This document shows, in pieces, positions 26,425 to 34,731 of a stretch of DNA of 35,327 nucleotides. Within the stretch, counting starts at the first letter, position 1. Each line of letters begins with the position of its first letter. Origin of the DNA: a candidate division WOR-3 bacterium (GTDB lineage Bacteria; Hydrothermota; Tepidihabitantia; SM23-42; JAOAFX01); NCBI GenBank assembly GCA_039802265.1, contig JBDRWI010000020.1, positions 1 through 35,327 of the forward strand, in the 5' to 3' direction. The position numbers and the translations under genes were made by a program. Under the pieces are notes generated by a model. That model saw only the letters and a program-made list of their open reading frames with translations, was not told the DNA's origin and did no database searches.

Positions 26425-27288
26425 ATGAAGATACCATACTATCCAGGTTGTGACCTCTATACCAAGGCAAAGCCCCTTGATGACTCACTACGGGCGGTCT
26501 TCGGTGCGGTGGGAATAGAACTCAGGGAATTACCAAACTGGTACTGCTGTGGCACGACCTTCAATCTAACTCGTGACAATAAAATGTCCCTTATTGCACC
26601 TTTAAGAATTCTTGCCCGGGCACAGAAGGAAGATGGCAGATTGTTGGTACCCTGTTCTATTTGTTATAATACCCTGAAAAGGGCAAATTACATCTTCAAT
26701 CAAGATGCCGATACCCTTAAGATTATAAACGAACATCTTAATGAATCTTACGATGGCAAAGAGACGATCTTGCATCCTTTTGAGTTTATTAAAGAAAATA
26801 GAGAGTTGTTTAAAAATGGAATCAAAAGAGAACTTAAGGGATTGAATCTGGGTTGTTATTATGGCTGTTATCTACTGCGCCCCCGGGAAGAGATGGAATT
26901 TGATGACCCGGAATCACCCACTATTATTGAAGAATTTGTTTCACTTTCCGGCGCCAATCCGGTTAGTTTTCCTCTCAAGGTTGAATGCTGTGGTTCATAT
27001 CTCATAATAAATTCGCCTGATGCAGCAATTGAATCCTCTTATAAAATTCTGAAGAATGCCCGAGAAAATGGGGCAGAGGCAGTTATTACTTCCTGCCCAT
27101 TGTGCCATTATAATCTGGATAATTTTCAGGAAAGAATCATCGCGTTACATTCTGATTTCCAGCCCATCCCTGTCTTTTATTTCAGTCAGATTTATGCAAT
27201 TGCCTTTGATTTGCCCACGAAGCACTGGTGTCTTGAGTATAATAGGGCTTCACCCGTTGATTTACTAAGAAGGCATCAACTATTATGA
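26425..27288 (+). CDS. hdrB: Heterodisulfide reductase subunit B-like (two CCG domains)
   Basis: YYPGC...WYCCG...PCSIC and YYGC...ECCG...SCPLC. Confidence 0.9.
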   Translation: MKIPYYPGCDLYTKAKPLDDSLRAVFGAVGIELRELPNWYCCGTTFNLTRDNKMSLIAPLRILARAQKEDGRLLVPCSICYNTLKRANYIFNQDADTLKIINEHLNESYDGKETILHPFEFIKENRELFKNGIKRELKGLNLGCYYGCYLLRPREEMEFDDPESPTIIEEFVSLSGANPVSFPLKVECCGSYLIINSPDAAIESSYKILKNARENGAEAVITSCPLCHYNLDNFQERIIALHSDFQPIPVFYFSQIYAIAFDLPTKHWCLEYNRASPVDLLRRHQLL

Positions 27289-27575
27289 AGAGAAATTACG
27301 AAGGAATGTTTATCTTTCATCCCGACCTGGACGAAGAGGCATTGAATAAAGAGATTACATTTGTGGAGAAGATGATTAAAGAAAATGATGGTGAGAGTGT
27401 GAATTATCAGATAATCGGTAAGAAGACACTGGCATATCCGGTGAAGAAGAAGAACGAAGGGTACTATGTAAACTTCTTCTTTGATACTCCTCCCTCGGCA
27501 ATTGCTAAGATAAAAACGGAATTGAAACACCGGGGTAATATATTGCGATTCATCTTCTTCAGGACCGAGGAATAG
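27285..27575 (+). CDS. rpsF: 30S ribosomal protein S6
   Basis: NYEGMFIFHPDL, GKKTLAYPVKK, ILRF; precedes ssb-rpsR-rplI. Confidence 0.95.
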   Translation: MKRNYEGMFIFHPDLDEEALNKEITFVEKMIKENDGESVNYQIIGKKTLAYPVKKKNEGYYVNFFFDTPPSAIAKIKTELKHRGNILRFIFFRTEE

Positions 27576-27610
27576 ATTTCAGGGTATTTTAGATGTTTAA
27601 GGAGTAGGCA

Positions 27611-28045
27611 ATGAATCAACTACGGTTAGGTTACTTAAATTCAGTCCATCTCATTGGTAGATTGGTTGCTGACCCCGAATTGCGGTACACCCAGAAAGGT
27701 GCACCGGTTTGTGATTTCAGGGTTGCGACAACACGACGATTTAAGAACCGCGAGACCGGTGAGACTCAGGAGGAGACGCTTTTTATAAATGTAGTTGCCT
27801 GGCGCCGTCAGGCTGAACTCGCCAATGATTTTCTAAAAAAGGGGAGCGCGGTTTTGATTGAAGGTAGATTACGTTCGCGGCAATGGGAATCAAATCAGGG
27901 GGAAAAGCGATCAGCGATTGAAATTGTTGCGACAAGGATTCAATTTCTTGATGCACCGAGCGGCGAAAATACTCAACCAGATACCGAGACAGCAGGTATG
28001 GATGTTGAGGCAGAAAAAGAAGAGGGTGTTGATACCCCATTTTGA
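27611..28045 (+). CDS. ssb: Single-stranded DNA-binding protein
   Basis: LIGRLVADPELRYT, VLIEGRL, acidic tail ending DTPF; SD AAGGAG. Confidence 0.97.
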   Translation: MNQLRLGYLNSVHLIGRLVADPELRYTQKGAPVCDFRVATTRRFKNRETGETQEETLFINVVAWRRQAELANDFLKKGSAVLIEGRLRSRQWESNQGEKRSAIEIVATRIQFLDAPSGENTQPDTETAGMDVEAEKEEGVDTPF

Positions 28046-28085
28046 AGGTGAGGATTAAGTTATAAAAATAAAGGGAGGCATTGCG

Positions 28086-28283
28086 GTGAAGAAATGTCGG
28101 TTATGTCAGAGTAATGTCAAGATAGATTACAAGGATACTGCATTGCTTAAGGGTTTTATAAATGAACGGGGCAAGATATTGCCGGCGCGTTTTTCGGGAT
28201 TATGTGCCCTCCACCAGCGAAGGCTGGCAGCAGCAATAAAGAGGGCTCGGGAAATTGCCCTGTTACCTTACGAATTAAAATGA
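28086..28283 (+). CDS. rpsR: 30S ribosomal protein S18 (Zn-binding C+ type)
   Basis: CRLC, IDYKD, ERGKILP.R.SGLCA.HQR, AIKRAR..ALLPY; GTG start with SD GGGAGG. Confidence 0.95.
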   Translation: MKKCRLCQSNVKIDYKDTALLKGFINERGKILPARFSGLCALHQRRLAAAIKRAREIALLPYELK

Positions 28284-28726
28284 AGGTAATCCTGCAAAAG
28301 GATGTAGATAAACTCGGAAAGAGATTTGATGTGGTGGAGGTAAAGAATGGTTTTGCGCGAAATTTTCTTTTTCCCAATAAACTGGCAATTCCGGCAACTG
28401 CAGCAAACCTGCGGGGATTAAAGAAGACCATTGAGCATTTTTCCCAGCATATTGAGAAGTTAAGAAGAGAGGGATTGACCCTTGCAGAGAAACTAAATTC
28501 CCTGAGTATTAAGACAGTTCTCAAAGTTGGCATTGATGGCAAGACATTTGGTAGTATTACATCGGCGAATATTGCTGAGCTACTGAAGTCCGAAGGAATT
28601 GAGATTGATAAACGACAGATTATCTTAGATGAACCAATCAGGCATCCCGGGATATATGATATTGATGTCCATTGTGCAGATAAGATAAAGGCAACATTCA
28701 AACTTATCGTTCTTGAGGAGGAATAA
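28280..28726 (+). CDS. rplI: 50S ribosomal protein L9 (start ATG 28280)
   Basis: [30 protein letters not shown] overlap with rpsR. Confidence 0.96.
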   Translation: MKVILQKDVDKLGKRFDVVEVKNGFARNFLFPNKLAIPATAANLRGLKKTIEHFSQHIEKLRREGLTLAEKLNSLSIKTVLKVGIDGKTFGSITSANIAELLKSEGIEIDKRQIILDEPIRHPGIYDIDVHCADKIKATFKLIVLEEE

Positions 28727-29205
28727 TTTTAGAGGTATTTGTCAGCGGTGTGATTGAAGACCAGCAGTGGCATAACTATGTGGTGCTTTTAAAAGAGAAA
28801 TACGGTGAGAGGACTCTACCCATCTGGATTGGTGATAATGAGGCAATTGCGATTGCGGTCTCCCTTGAAGGAATCAAACCTCCTCGTCCCTTGACACACG
28901 ACCTTTTAAAGACCATTATTGATGCATTTCAAGGGAAACTTTTGAAGATCGTCATTTCAGATTTGAAAGAAGAGACATATTATGCAAAGATTTATCTTGA
29001 GAATAATGGAAAACTCTTTGGTATTGATGCTCGGCCTTCGGATTCAATCGCTCTGGCCTTAAGAAGTAATGCCGCAATATATGTGAATGAGGAGATAATG
29101 AATAAAAATGGTTTGGTGTTGAAGGGCGACAGGACTGAAGAGGAGATAAAGAGAAGACTCCGGGAAACAAAACCTGAAGAATTTGGGGAATTTGAAATCA
29201 AATAA
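28726..29205 (+). CDS. Bifunctional nuclease family (DUF151) protein; start either ATT 28726 or GTG 28750
   Basis: LPIWIG..EA.AI, RPLTHDL, IDARPSDSIALALR motifs; in-frame upstream LEVFVSG resembles the family's first strand. Confidence 0.88.
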   Translation: MLEVFVSGVIEDQQWHNYVVLLKEKYGERTLPIWIGDNEAIAIAVSLEGIKPPRPLTHDLLKTIIDAFQGKLLKIVISDLKEETYYAKIYLENNGKLFGIDARPSDSIALALRSNAAIYVNEEIMNKNGLVLKGDRTEEEIKRRLRETKPEEFGEFEIK

Positions 29206-29360
29206 ATCAATTTATATTGTATCGGAATTTGAAAAAAATTTATACGGTCCGCCACGCTGGGCGCTGGATTAAATCCGCCACACGAAAACCTGAACAAATA
29301 GATAAAGATAGTTTAAAGGTTAATGATGTAAGGCTTGTCTTTTTTAACCATCTAATCAAG

Positions 29361-29412
29361 AAAAACCAGCATCTTAACCCTAACCCAATACCCATCTTAC
29401 TCAGGGCATTGA
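29361..29412 (+). repeat. 52-bp repeat, copy 1 (inverted relative to 34558-34609)
   Basis: AAAAACCAGCATCTTAACCCTAACCCAATACCCATCTTACTCAGGGCATTGA; 50/52 identical to the reverse complement of 34558-34609. Confidence 0.9.
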
Positions 29413-29475
29413 GATTTAGATATGCTGATTTTGGATTTATCCGAACGATAGCAAGGATTTTGTTCCAATAACACC

Positions 29476-30222
29476 GTGTCCCAGACCATAAAAAAAATTC
29501 AGAGAAATTGGGATGAATTTGCCCAAAAAGACCCCTTATGGGCAATTTTGCCTATCCCGGAAAAAAAGGATAATCGCTGGAAGATAGAAGATCTTTTTGC
29601 TACAGGTAGGGATGAGATTAAATCGGTAATGGATTATATTGAAGGGCTGGGCATTAAAATTGAACATAAAAAGGCACTGGACTTTGGTTGTGGTGTGGGA
29701 CGTTTGACCCAGGCGCTGTGTGGGTATTTCGATGAATGTATTGGAGTTGACATCTCCTTTAAAATGCTTAAACTTGCCCAGCAATATAATCGATATCCCG
29801 AGCGGTGTTTATACATCTTAAACTGCTCACCGGATTTAAAAATATTTAAAGACAATACCTTTGACCTTATTTATTCCAATATTGTATTTCAACACCTTGA
29901 ACAAAAATTTACCCTGGCATATATCAGGGAATTTATAAGAATTTTAAAGAAACGAGGTCTGATCATCTTCCAGGTTACGACAGGTATCATTGGACTGGGC
30001 AATAAGTTGAGGAGGGCCCTGAACTATCTACTTCCTCAGACAATTCGTCAGATCTATAAGAAAATTAAATACAAGACCTGGGCAATCAAGGATATGTACT
30101 GTATCAACGAAAAATTTCTCAATAATTTCATCAAGGCAATTGGTGGCGACATTATTGATGTGGTTGATGATTATTCTTCTATGCCAAGATATCGGGGAAA
30201 GAGATACTGTATAACAAAATAG
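29476..30222 (+). CDS. Class I SAM-dependent methyltransferase
   Basis: WDEFAQKDPLWAIL, ALDFGCGVGRL, GVDIS, FDLIYSNIVFQH; GTG start. Confidence 0.88.
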   Translation: MSQTIKKIQRNWDEFAQKDPLWAILPIPEKKDNRWKIEDLFATGRDEIKSVMDYIEGLGIKIEHKKALDFGCGVGRLTQALCGYFDECIGVDISFKMLKLAQQYNRYPERCLYILNCSPDLKIFKDNTFDLIYSNIVFQHLEQKFTLAYIREFIRILKKRGLIIFQVTTGIIGLGNKLRRALNYLLPQTIRQIYKKIKYKTWAIKDMYCINEKFLNNFIKAIGGDIIDVVDDYSSMPRYRGKRYCITK

Positions 30223-30302
30223 ATTGAAGTGGCTCGAAATTGGTCAACATTTTTTACGCAGAGTGAGAAATGTTACTTGTGTTTAACTTCTTTTATGCAA
30301 AT

Positions 30303-31247
30303 TCAACTCGGGTTAGGGTTTATCCTCTCTCTAAACCAGTTGATGGTCTTTTTCAGGCCATCTTCAAGTTTTACTTTTGGTTTCCATTTCAAAATCTCTT
30401 TTGCCAGGGTAATGTCCGGCTGTCTCCTTTTAGGATCATCTTCGGGTAGGGGATGAAAGGTAAATGTGCTACTGCTGTTGCAGAGTTTTTTTATAATTCG
30501 GGCTATTTCAATGATTTTATATTCCTTGGGATTACCAAGATTTATGGGCATTGAGTAATTGTTTTGGGCGAGTTTCACAATTCCTTTTATCAGGTCTGAG
30601 ACGTAGCAGAAACTCCTGGTTTGATTTCCGTCACCGAAAATAGTTATCGGCATATTTTTTAATGCCTGTTCTATAAATGCTGGAATTACCCGGCCATCAC
30701 CGATGCGCATCCTTTTGCCATAGGTATTAAAGATCCGGGCAATTGAAACCGATAGATTGTATTTTCTATGGTAGGCAAGGGTAATTGCCTCGGCAAATCT
30801 CTTACCTTCGTCATAAACTGACCTGGGTCCAGTAGGATTTACATTTCCCCAGTAATCTTCCCTTTGAGGGTGAATGAGGGGGTCGCCGTATACCTCACTC
30901 GTTGAGGCGAGAACAAACTTTGCCCTTTTATCCAGGGCAAGTTCTAACATATTTATTGTTCCCAGGGAAGCAGTCTTCATCGTTTCTAATGGATATTTGA
31001 GATAATCAAAAGGACTTGCTGGCGAGGCAAAATGGAATATCAGATCTATGCCATTGGGAAAGGTTAATTTTTCGCAGACATCAGAATTTATAAATCTAAA
31101 TCGCTGATTATTGAAGTGTTGTTTAATATTATCTTTTTCTCCGGTGATTAGATTATCAATGACAATTACCTCGTCCCCCTGTGCTAAATAATAATCAACT
31201 AAGTGCGAGCCGATAAATCCCGCGCCACCGGTGATCAGAACCTTCAT
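30303..31247 (-). CDS. UDP-glucuronate decarboxylase (UDP-xylose synthase-like SDR)
   Basis: TGGAGFIGSH, FASPASP, ASTSEVYGDP, YWGNVNP.GPRSVYDEGKR, RIFNTYG, DDPKRRQPDI. Confidence 0.92.
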   Translation of the reverse strand: MKVLITGGAGFIGSHLVDYYLAQGDEVIVIDNLITGEKDNIKQHFNNQRFRFINSDVCEKLTFPNGIDLIFHFASPASPFDYLKYPLETMKTASLGTINMLELALDKRAKFVLASTSEVYGDPLIHPQREDYWGNVNPTGPRSVYDEGKRFAEAITLAYHRKYNLSVSIARIFNTYGKRMRIGDGRVIPAFIEQALKNMPITIFGDGNQTRSFCYVSDLIKGIVKLAQNNYSMPINLGNPKEYKIIEIARIIKKLCNSSSTFTFHPLPEDDPKRRQPDITLAKEILKWKPKVKLEDGLKKTINWFRERINPNPS

Positions 31248-32533
31248 CTTCCTATCCCCGCATATATGAAACCCAATTCTCGCATCTGTTGTGGGTCAAA
31301 GACATTCCTTCCATCAAGGAATACGGGCTGGCGCATTGATTCTTTTAATTTCTTGAGGTCAAGTTTTTTAAATTCATCCCATTCAGTTACGAGAATTACA
31401 CCATCAGCACCCTGGGCAACTCCATAGGCATCCTTACAATACTCAATATCCGGCATTAACTTTCTTGCCCGCTCCATTGCCACCGGGTCGTATGCCCTAA
31501 TAAATGCCCCTTCTCTCTTTAATTGATTTATTATCGTAATTGAAGGGGCAAAGCGCATATCGTCGGTATTGGGTTTAAATGAAAGCCCCAGGATTCCAAT
31601 CTTTTTATCCTTTAAGTTCCACAAAAGGTCTTCGAGTTTCTTAACAACCCGCAACATCTGTTCTTCATTTATTCGCTCAACTTCCTTTAACAGTTTGAAA
31701 TCATAGCCGAGTTTCTGGGCAATACCGATAAACGCCTTTAAATCCTTGGGAAAACAGAATCCACCAAATCCTACACCGGCATTTAAAAAATCCCTGCCGA
31801 TTCTTTTGTCAAGTCCTATTCCTTCAGCGACTTTGATTATATCAGCGCCTGACCGCTCACAGATTATTGAAAGGGCATTGATAAAGGAAATCTTCATTGA
31901 AAGGAATGAATTTGAGGCGTGTTTAATCAGTTCAGCACTGGCTAAGTCTGTGATAATCTTTGGTGCATTGATTGGTTTATATAACTCCAGGAGTAATTCT
32001 CTCGCCTTTTCGCTCTCAACTCCCAGAACTATCCGGTCAGGTTTCAGAAAATCATTTATTGCTGAACCTTCTCTCAAAAATTCAGGGTTTGATGCAACAT
32101 CAAATGGCACATTGCGCCGGTTGAAACGCTCAATAACTGTCCTTATCCATTTTCCTGTCTGGACCGGAACCGTGCTTTTTTCCACGACAACCTTATAATC
32201 TTCCATTGCCTCACCGATCTCACTTGCCACCTTTTCAATACTGGAGAGGTCGGGCTCGCCATTTTCTTTAGGCGGGGTACCGACGGCGATAAATATAAAA
32301 AGGGATTCGCGTACGCCCTCAGCAATTGATGTCGTAAATTTTAACCTCGCTGCTGCAACATTTCTCTGCACCATCTCTAACAACCCTGGTTCATAGATAG
32401 GAATCTGGCCGCTCTTCAGGATTTGGATTTTTCTCTGGTCATTATCTACACATATTACATTATGGCCCATTTCTGCAAAACAGGTTCCTGAGACGAGTCC
32501 AACATATCCTGTGCCAATCATACAAACCTTCAT
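31244..32533 (-). CDS. ugd: UDP-glucose 6-dehydrogenase
   Basis: GTGYVGL, KSTVP, SNPEFLREG, GFGGFCFPKD, FKPNTDDMR, DGRN. Confidence 0.95.
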   Translation of the reverse strand: MKVCMIGTGYVGLVSGTCFAEMGHNVICVDNDQRKIQILKSGQIPIYEPGLLEMVQRNVAAARLKFTTSIAEGVRESLFIFIAVGTPPKENGEPDLSSIEKVASEIGEAMEDYKVVVEKSTVPVQTGKWIRTVIERFNRRNVPFDVASNPEFLREGSAINDFLKPDRIVLGVESEKARELLLELYKPINAPKIITDLASAELIKHASNSFLSMKISFINALSIICERSGADIIKVAEGIGLDKRIGRDFLNAGVGFGGFCFPKDLKAFIGIAQKLGYDFKLLKEVERINEEQMLRVVKKLEDLLWNLKDKKIGILGLSFKPNTDDMRFAPSITIINQLKREGAFIRAYDPVAMERARKLMPDIEYCKDAYGVAQGADGVILVTEWDEFKKLDLKKLKESMRQPVFLDGRNVFDPQQMRELGFIYAGIGR

Positions 32534-33531
32534 AATCCTCCTTTATTGAAAGACTCATTAGATGCCTGTGAACTGAAAGATTTTTTGTAAAAGATAAAGA
32601 AGATTCCACCAATAAGTGATAGTAAAAAGAAGATAAAGAATGAAACGAGCGAAATGGTCATTGAGACCTCACCGCTCAAACCGGCCCTTTGAAATAGTAT
32701 AACATAGGCATTCTCTCTTATTCCCAGCGCATTGAAAGAGACTGGAATCATTGAAATTACATTGATTATTGGCAGGTAAATAAAAAATGGCAAAATTGAT
32801 ACATCAAATTTCCCCATACTCTTCAGGACAAGATATGGAGAAATGGAAAGGAGTGCCTGGATTATGATGGATTGAATTATACAGATGATTATCACACCCC
32901 AGGCTGAACCAAAATCGGTCATTGTATTATGCAGATTGTTTATCCGTTCGCCAATTCTTAAAATTTTTATTCTTCCCACCGTCGGAGAAAAGATTGAATA
33001 TACCCTTTTTGAAAAGAGCAGGAAGGTAATAAATATGAGCAAACTTAAACCGATAATCATCAGCGATAAAAATTCGCTTCTATTTTGAAATAAAGATAGA
33101 TATATCACGGAGAGAAGACCGAAGCAAAATAGACCAATGAAGCCCAGGATTCTATCGGCAAGGACAATCGCCAATGCCTCTGCCTTGCGATTCTTCATTG
33201 ATAAAAGGACTCTCATTACATCGCCTCCAATGGTCGTCGGGAGAAGGTTGTTAAAAAAAAAGGCAATGAAGTATATAACCAGAGCACTTTTAAAAGGGAT
33301 TTCCATCTTCTTGTAATCAAGAAGGACCTGCCAGCGCCAGGTGGAAAAGATGATAAAAAGAAGATAGGGGATAAGGGCGAGGATTAAATAGCGGATATCC
33401 ATGTTTTTGATATATTGAAAGATTCTTCCTACATCCAGTTTTATAAGGAGAAAGGCAATTAGTCCAGCACCAATAAAAAACCTTAGGACTGTCCAGAGGG
33501 TTCCCAATCCAAGCCTTCTCTTTTCTTCCAT
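32530..33531 (-). CDS. Lysylphosphatidylglycerol-synthase TM-domain / flippase-like membrane protein
   Basis: RW..LL, FFNNLLPTTIGGD..R, DRILG, PVSFNALGIRE; multiple TM segments. Confidence 0.85.
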   Translation of the reverse strand: MEEKRRLGLGTLWTVLRFFIGAGLIAFLLIKLDVGRIFQYIKNMDIRYLILALIPYLLFIIFSTWRWQVLLDYKKMEIPFKSALVIYFIAFFFNNLLPTTIGGDVMRVLLSMKNRKAEALAIVLADRILGFIGLFCFGLLSVIYLSLFQNRSEFLSLMIIGLSLLIFITFLLFSKRVYSIFSPTVGRIKILRIGERINNLHNTMTDFGSAWGVIIICIIQSIIIQALLSISPYLVLKSMGKFDVSILPFFIYLPIINVISMIPVSFNALGIRENAYVILFQRAGLSGEVSMTISLVSFFIFFLLSLIGGIFFIFYKKSFSSQASNESFNKGGL

Positions 33532-33533
33532 TT

Positions 33534-34445
33534 TCAGTCTGCACCATCTTTTCTATCTTTAGATTCTAACTTCTCAAGGTGGTCAAGGATTGCCCTTATT
33601 GATTCACCAATAAGACCGAGCGAAAAGAAAAGAATTCCTGAAACCACAAGGAGGATTACAAGATACAAAAGCGGTCGAAATCCATGACCGAAGATCCTCA
33701 ATACCACCGCAATAATCCCGACCAGAATTCCGGCAAGAATCTGGAGCATACCCGCAGTTCCAAAATATAATAAGGGTTTTTTTAAAAAAGATAACTGAAA
33801 TTTTACTGCCAACAAATCGAAGAACCCCACAATTATGCGTGTCTTCTGCTGATATTTTGGTCTTCCATATAATCTTGGCTTTAATTCAACAGGTATCTCT
33901 TTTATGACAAAACCATACTCCGATGCCAGAGGCACAATATAGCGGTGCCAGTCCCGACGCATAGGTATTGCCTCCAGAACTTCCCTCCGGAACGCCTTTA
34001 TCGCATTCATATCATGAACATCAAGTTTGAACAGCCACCTGCCACACCAGTTATAGATATTGGAGACGAATCTTTTTTCATATCTACCCTGCTTCCATCC
34101 TGTTGCCACATCCGCATTGTTCTTTACTATGAGGTCGACGAGTCTGGGCACATCGTTTATATCAAACTGCATATCCGCATCATAGATTACCAGAATCTCG
34201 GCATTAGTCTTTCGTGCACCGCTTATTATTGCCTGGGTTTTACCCAAATTCTTTTTGTGGATTACGACTTTGAGATAGTTTCTGCTGTAATTTTGAAGAA
34301 TTTCCTGGGTTCCGTCATCTGAGCCATCATCAATGAACACCACTTCATAATCCGGATGGTCCTTAAGAAATACATCAAGCAGATTTATGAGATGGGGAAT
34401 ATTCTCACACTCATTATAGGCTGGGATTAAGATTCCGACACGCAT
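33534..34445 (-). CDS. GT2 polyprenol-phosphate glycosyltransferase (DPM1/ArnC-like)
   Basis: IPAYNE, DDGSDD, N.GK..A, DADMQ, HRYI, two C-terminal TMs ending GLIGE. Confidence 0.9.
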   Translation of the reverse strand: MRVGILIPAYNECENIPHLINLLDVFLKDHPDYEVVFIDDGSDDGTQEILQNYSRNYLKVVIHKKNLGKTQAIISGARKTNAEILVIYDADMQFDINDVPRLVDLIVKNNADVATGWKQGRYEKRFVSNIYNWCGRWLFKLDVHDMNAIKAFRREVLEAIPMRRDWHRYIVPLASEYGFVIKEIPVELKPRLYGRPKYQQKTRIIVGFFDLLAVKFQLSFLKKPLLYFGTAGMLQILAGILVGIIAVVLRIFGHGFRPLLYLVILLVVSGILFFSLGLIGESIRAILDHLEKLESKDRKDGAD

Positions 34446-34453
34446 AATGCTAT

Positions 34454-34481
34454 ATTATACCTATTCAGTTTAAAATGTCAA
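34454..34481 (-). promoter_or_regulatory. Promoter of GT2-flippase-ugd-uxs operon (near-leaderless)
   Basis: TTGACA - 16 bp - TATAAT - 8 nt - ATG. Confidence 0.8.
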
Positions 34482-34557
34482 ATACTTGATGAAAAATAAT
34501 CCTTTCTCTTGCTGGATAAATACAACCTTGAGCTTGTTTCAGGCTGAATAACGAAAT

Positions 34558-34609
34558 TCAATGACCTGAGTAAGATGGTTATTGGGTTAGGGTTAAGATG
34601 CTGGTTTTT
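34558..34609 (-). repeat. 52-bp repeat, copy 2
   Basis: Reverse complement matches 29361-29412 with 2 mismatches. Confidence 0.9.
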
Positions 34610-34731
34610 ATGGGTAAAAGAGAAAAGTATCCACCTTACTCTTTAGACTATTTTTTAACATTTGTTCAAAAATTTCACGATTTGGGTACAGTTTACCACG
34701 CAGAATGGATCATACAGGATTTTTTAAATGC

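Noticed and set aside
8008..28279. N-terminal extensions in the ORF track (nikR 8049, 10045, 10771, 12735, 16265, 19417, 21896, purN 21969, rplI 28202)
   Set aside because: They overlap promoters, operators, repeats or neighbouring genes; downstream starts fit homology and SD or leaderless geometry better.
29217..29545. ORFs of 84 aa (+) and 101 aa (-) between DUF151 and the methyltransferase
   Set aside because: They translate the repeat arms (NPNP / GLGL), lack an SD or promoter and show no motif.
29476..30222. DNA methyltransferase or defence gene
   Set aside because: No DPPY/NPPY or PCQ motif and no adjacent restriction gene; it looks like a small-molecule or glycan methyltransferase.
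544..34322. Numerous 60-180 aa nested or antisense ORFs (e.g. 5505-5918, 19425-19892, 28156-28701, 31746-32198)
   Set aside because: They are shadow frames of well-supported genes and have no motifs.
34574..34604. G-quadruplex or telomere-like function of GGGTTAGGG
   Set aside because: Only two GGG runs; internal intergenic location.
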